Origin: Giardia intestinalis
Taxonomy: Eukaryota
Strand: one strand, 5' to 3'
Length of the DNA stretch: 64,000 nucleotides
Assembly (NCBI GenBank): GCA_000002435.2
Contig: CM018789.1
Shown: positions 59,930-64,000 of the stretch, piece after piece
Position numbering within the stretch: position 1 is the first letter of the stretch
Layout of the letters: each line of letters opens with the position of its first letter
The notes under the pieces: generated by a model
What the model saw: the letters and a program-made list of their open reading frames with translations, nothing else
What the model was told of the DNA's origin: nothing
Database searches by the model: none
Made by a program: the position numbers and the translations under genes

Positions 59930-62900
59930 TTAGAGCGGATCATCGTTGCCCTTCATACTTGTCTCTGTAAGCGATCCTGCCCTTTTACAGCACTTTGTAT
60001 TTCTCTCACGCCTTCTGTCTACAAGCCACTGCCTCCTCAGCTTCTCTGCGTCTGTTGGAGATATGCGCATGCGAATCCACTTCAAGAAGAATGGTGGGAA
60101 GACGGCAGCGCATGCGCCCAGCACAACACGGAACCAGAATGTGAGGGTGACTATGGACCGCTTATCGAAGTATTCTGGCATAATGAACATAGCAGCTACG
60201 TAGATAGCAAACGAAAGAATCCCACTGCCCACCATAAAGGGAGACCACTCGTATATCCCAATGCCCAGCGTAAGTAACTCTGTAATTAAAAGAGATGTGT
60301 ATCCAGTGCCCACAAGGTTGAAGAAGTTAGCCCCGTCGTCCAGGGATCCGTGCAGTCCTCCATTGATCAGAAACTGCGAAAACATTAGCAGCACAGATCC
60401 CTGAAAGATGCTGACACACAACCACTTGAAAAAGCAGGAGACAAGCCCGTGCTTGTTTCGCTGACTGTCTTTGTACAAGATCGGGTAGCGTCGGACTAAG
60501 TAATCCTTGGGCAGGTCATGGTCAAAGCATATGATGGTTACGGGAAGAGATGTAAATACAACAGTGTACCCCAGCATCAACCAACCGGTGAAAAGAGGTA
60601 TTGTCGAGAAAGCAAATAATGCTGAGAAGACAGCCTGCATCACCGATATGGTCATTCCCCGCGAGAAGACGTAGTGTGCCATAGCGTAACCTCTAATGTA
60701 GTTGAGTCTGCCGTGATATAATAAGAGCGATGACAAGTCCTTGAATCTGTCCAAACTAAAGTCAGACGCTAGGCTTGCCTGCTTCCCTTCTTTTCCCACG
60801 AGCCCAACCCCAACAGCGGCAGACTGAATCATAGAAACGTCGTTGCCACCATCACCTATGGCGAGCACTCCAACCTTTGGAGCACCACATCTACAACGTG
60901 GGTTACAGCACATATGCTCCATGTGCAGATTGGCAACCATCTTTGTAATGATAGACTTCTGCTCAGGTGAGCAACGAGAGCAGACAAATGCCGGGCATCT
61001 CGCTATCGTGGTTATGAACTGCTTTGCCACCGAGGAGCCGAACTTTGAATTCCTATCCTTTCCACAACAGCCTGCTCGGCCAGAACGAGATCCTCTAGAC
61101 TGTGTCCGAGTAGCTAAATCGAGCTCCTTTTCGTGTTGCAGTTCCTCTTTGGTAACCACCTCGCCACGGAATTCTTTGAGAGACGAGTCTGGGAGGGTCT
61201 TCATGATCTCCGACAAGATTGTTCCGTCAATAATTACTGCACACTCATACCCGCTGTCTGCTATCTTATTTAACTCGGAGGAGATATATTCTAATAGTCT
61301 AGTATTTGAGACATCTGTTGATCCGGCATTGCCACTAGAGGCATTTCCCGCGGTACCCATTGTCACTGAGATACTATTTTCAGTCGACCTTCCAGAGGGC
61401 CCACAACTGTCTTTTGTGAATACCTCCATGCCGCTATAAGATCCCTTGGTGCCAGCTGTTCCGCTCACTGCAGCAGCATATGTGGCCAGTGTTATCTCGT
61501 GGAATCTTTGATTAGGACTTACAAGATTGGTCGAGCGAGCGATACACATGGACGTGTCGCTTTTGTCTCCAGTGAGCAAAAAGATACGGATCTCTGCATC
61601 TCTCAGCTGCTGAATTGTGAGCTTAACATCTTCCTGGAGTTTGTCCTCTACCCCAGTTGCTGCCACGATATCCATTGAATGTAAAATGGAGTTTTCTGCA
61701 TCATCTATATGTTTCTGTCTGTCATCTAGGGCTTCATTGGCGGTTTTGTAGAGAGATGCAAAAGCAGATAGCTCGTCTCTCGTCATAGTCCGCTGAGCAA
61801 ACACTAAGGTCCTCAGGCCTTTGCTGGCCAGGGTTGAGACCTGCTCCGATGCCCACGGCGATGGGTTAGACGCGGCTATAACAACTGAGTCGGCGCCCTT
61901 CATAAGCACTAGGATCTCTCCAGTTAAGTGGCTCTCTAGAACTATGGCCATGCGCTTTGTTGTAGATGTAAAGGGAAACGTATAGAGGATAGTGTATTCC
62001 TCTGGCTCACCCAACGGGTTCTGGAGTACAATGGATGTTCTATCTCTGTGCATAAGGGTTAAGTTGAGCTCTGCAGCCAGCTTAACAAGGGATATCTCAT
62101 CTGGAGATGACGCTTGTAGAGTATAGTAGCTAATGTCTGGGTTGATACCACCTCCTATGCCCGGAGGACAGTTGCTGGACGTTGAGATCTGAACAAGGTG
62201 GTTCTTCTGAAGAGCTCGCATGACCTCTGTGCTAGACGGAGCTGAGTCCGATGCAGCAAGAGATTGCAGATGCCTACTGCTCCACATAGCTATTGTTGCG
62301 TCATCAATCAAAAAGTCTGCGTCGTCTTGTGCTGCGGACCGCTCAATGGGAACAACAGTGTTGCAAAGGGCCATCATGCGCAAGGCTGTGATCAGTGCCT
62401 TCTGCTCATCGTTGATATTGCTTACTGAGGAAGTTTTCATCTGGGGGATCAAAGAGTAAACATTGCCATGGACCTGCCTGCGCATGGTGATCTGCTCATT
62501 GCCAAACGCTTGCCCATGAATAGGGAGAGACGAGTGCTGCATAGATGCCACACCGGCAGGGATAGACATGTCCGGGTCTCTACTGACATCGGCTTGTGAC
62601 CTGTAAGCACGCTTCAGAGCCATCCGGAACGACCCATAGTCGTCCTCTGTCAGGGTCTCATAGGAGCTCTTCCCCGTATGAAGGGAGCGGAAGGTCATGA
62701 TATTCTGAGTGAGAGTGCCTGTCTTGTCCGACATTATATATCCTATTCTGCCCAATTGCTCTGGAATAGTTGTTGTCCTTACAATAGGATTCTGCATGGA
62801 TTTATCCCTCCTAATCATCAAGGAAGTGATTATTTTAGCTAAGTCGAGATTGACACGCAATGAGATGGGTATAACCGAAGAAAAGAGTAACAAGTATCGG

Positions 62901-63976
62901 AAAAATATCACATAGTAAACCGACGTCCATGGACTATTGCCCCCCAGCCAACTGTATAGAGCCGCACCAAAGAACTGGATCCAAAACAGGTTCATCGCAC
63001 GCATATCTATTTCCTTATCAAAAAAGCCCATCTTCACCCGAGGAGCATTGGTATTCAAGCGAGTCTTACTTTCAGAACCAACATAGACTACGAGGGCGAC
63101 TGTCGTGGACGGTGACGCTATCACGGTGGAAGACCAGATAGTATTCTCTAGAGAGATAGACTCTGTGATAACGGAGTTGTCGGAACTCACATAGTTAGCT
63201 CTACCCTTGAACCCATATATGTCCTTGTGGGCAGCTTCAATCTCAAAAATGGCTCGGGTCTGAACGTCGCGTAAATACTCGATGCCCTTCCCCTGGGTAA
63301 AGTTTAGAGCCTTTCGCATCTTCCAATCTGTCTCGCCATCAAGTTGATCGGTCTTTATAAAGCATTCCTCGACACTGTTACCGTCGTTCTGCAAATGGAG
63401 AATGACACAGTCAGTCGGAACACGCTGACCAGACCGCAGGACTAAAATGTCTCCAACACGAATATCCTGTGCAAGAACCTGTTCCACATCATTAACACTT
63501 ACTGCGTCTGAACGAAGTCTGTGATACTTCTCTCGATTAACCGCGCGGTCGCGGATAACGCGCTGAATATCGTCTACAAATTCTTTAATCATGGTCACAG
63601 CCAGCACAAGAACGAGTGGTGCCAGATATGTAAATAGAAAGCCGACCCTGAGGATAGGAATAGATTGTGAGATTGTTATCCCGAGAAAATACAGATTGAA
63701 AAAGTATTTGAATTGTTGGTAGAGAATTTTAGGAACAAATGTGATAATATTGTACTTATTATTTTTTAATAGATTTTTTGGCGACGGATGGGACACATGC
63801 GAGTTGAGGAATATGCTACGGGCAGGATATGTCTTCTCCGGCCTTCTCCGCCCACCAGCTTTGTATTTCTTTCCAATTCTTAGAGCTCGTTTGGAATTGG
63901 CTAAATAATAAGACCCTTTTGACTTGAGCCGTCTTACTAAGGAAGTTCGCTTTGGTTGCTTCAGCTCGGAATCCAT
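59930..63976 (-). CDS. P4-type ATPase (phospholipid-translocating flippase), 1348 aa
   Basis: ATG verified at 63974-63976 (minus). P-type ATPase signatures: phosphorylation motif DKTGTLTQN, hinge motif GDGGNDVSMIQ, TGDK…, and 10 predicted TM segments. The large cytoplasmic N/P domain and the motif context (…IMSDKTGTLTQNIMTF…) are typical of the P4 (Drs2/ATP8) subfamily. Confidence 0.85.
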   Translation of the reverse strand: MDSELKQPKRTSLVRRLKSKGSYYLANSKRALRIGKKYKAGGRRRPEKTYPARSIFLNSHVSHPSPKNLLKNNKYNIITFVPKILYQQFKYFFNLYFLGITISQSIPILRVGFLFTYLAPLVLVLAVTMIKEFVDDIQRVIRDRAVNREKYHRLRSDAVSVNDVEQVLAQDIRVGDILVLRSGQRVPTDCVILHLQNDGNSVEECFIKTDQLDGETDWKMRKALNFTQGKGIEYLRDVQTRAIFEIEAAHKDIYGFKGRANYVSSDNSVITESISLENTIWSSTVIASPSTTVALVVYVGSESKTRLNTNAPRVKMGFFDKEIDMRAMNLFWIQFFGAALYSWLGGNSPWTSVYYVIFFRYLLLFSSVIPISLRVNLDLAKIITSLMIRRDKSMQNPIVRTTTIPEQLGRIGYIMSDKTGTLTQNIMTFRSLHTGKSSYETLTEDDYGSFRMALKRAYRSQADVSRDPDMSIPAGVASMQHSSLPIHGQAFGNEQITMRRQVHGNVYSLIPQMKTSSVSNINDEQKALITALRMMALCNTVVPIERSAAQDDADFLIDDATIAMWSSRHLQSLAASDSAPSSTEVMRALQKNHLVQISTSSNCPPGIGGGINPDISYYTLQASSPDEISLVKLAAELNLTLMHRDRTSIVLQNPLGEPEEYTILYTFPFTSTTKRMAIVLESHLTGEILVLMKGADSVVIAASNPSPWASEQVSTLASKGLRTLVFAQRTMTRDELSAFASLYKTANEALDDRQKHIDDAENSILHSMDIVAATGVEDKLQEDVKLTIQQLRDAEIRIFLLTGDKSDTSMCIARSTNLVSPNQRFHEITLATYAAAVSGTAGTKGSYSGMEVFTKDSCGPSGRSTENSISVTMGTAGNASSGNAGSTDVSNTRLLEYISSELNKIADSGYECAVIIDGTILSEIMKTLPDSSLKEFRGEVVTKEELQHEKELDLATRTQSRGSRSGRAGCCGKDRNSKFGSSVAKQFITTIARCPAFVCSRCSPEQKSIITKMVANLHMEHMCCNPRCRCGAPKVGVLAIGDGGNDVSMIQSAAVGVGLVGKEGKQASLASDFSLDRFKDLSSLLLYHGRLNYIRGYAMAHYVFSRGMTISVMQAVFSALFAFSTIPLFTGWLMLGYTVVFTSLPVTIICFDHDLPKDYLVRRYPILYKDSQRNKHGLVSCFFKWLCVSIFQGSVLLMFSQFLINGGLHGSLDDGANFFNLVGTGYTSLLITELLTLGIGIYEWSPFMVGSGILSFAIYVAAMFIMPEYFDKRSIVTLTFWFRVVLGACAAVFPPFFLKWIRMRISPTDAEKLRRQWLVDRRRERNTKCCKRAGSLTETSMKGNDDPL

Positions 63977-64000
63977 GGTTGTGTAAGGGAGGAGAGGTGC

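Noticed and set aside
1-64000. Prokaryotic features (operons, CRISPR arrays, RBS-driven starts, TTG/GTG starts used by the ORF track)
   Set aside because: The gene families (VSP/CRGKA, ankyrin-coiled-coil, HSP70 with GGMP tail, IMP4, prefoldin, P4-ATPase, ARP) are eukaryotic and specifically diplomonad. There are no short direct repeat/spacer arrays. Giardia initiates at ATG, so TTG/GTG-initiated ORF-track starts were moved to the first ATG.

Overview
This window is gene-dense, essentially intron-free eukaryotic nuclear DNA, almost certainly from Giardia intestinalis (G. lamblia). The organism assignment rests on several independent signals, all read directly from the sequence:
- A variant-specific surface protein (VSP) gene with CXXC repeats, GGCY motifs, a C-terminal transmembrane helix and the invariant CRGKA tail.
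- The Giardia VSP extended polyadenylation motif ACTTAGGTAGTAAAT immediately 3' of that gene.
- A CRGKA-less high-cysteine membrane protein (HCMP).
- Three tandem 'ankyrin head + giant coiled-coil tail' genes of the Giardia 21.1 / coiled-coil class.
- A flavin NADH oxidase of the bacterial/archaeal type, and very short AT-rich 5' leaders with tiny intergenic spacers.

The supplied ORF track accepts TTG/GTG starts, so several gene starts are re-set here to the first in-frame ATG.

Gene content:
- Conserved housekeeping genes: cytosolic HSP70, IMP4 (U3 snoRNP Brix protein), prefoldin subunit 3, RCE1-type CAAX protease, P4-ATPase flippase, a TatD nuclease, NADH oxidase, a CPSF160/DDB1/SF3b130-family propeller protein, a divergent actin-related protein, and a BRO1-like protein.
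- Giardia-specific cytoskeleton and surface genes: ankyrin/coiled-coil proteins, an ankyrin-RING protein, an SF-assemblin-like protein, an AK7/Dpy-30 flagellar-type protein, a VSP and an HCMP.

The most unusual structures:
1. A roughly 2.36 kb near-perfect inverted repeat. Its arms (about 32352-34712 and 37199-39556) each contain the 3' two-thirds of the VSP gene plus about 1.1 kb of strongly GC-rich apparently non-coding DNA. They bracket a 2.5 kb unique loop that holds the HCMP gene. The right arm therefore carries a 5'-truncated, promoter-less VSP copy.
2. A perfect 433-bp in-frame direct repeat (16977-17409 and 18801-19233), forming GC-rich islands inside the middle ankyrin/coiled-coil paralog.
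3. Extreme base-composition differences between adjacent paralogs of that tandem array.
4. An AK7-like protein whose adenylate-kinase P-loop appears degenerate.
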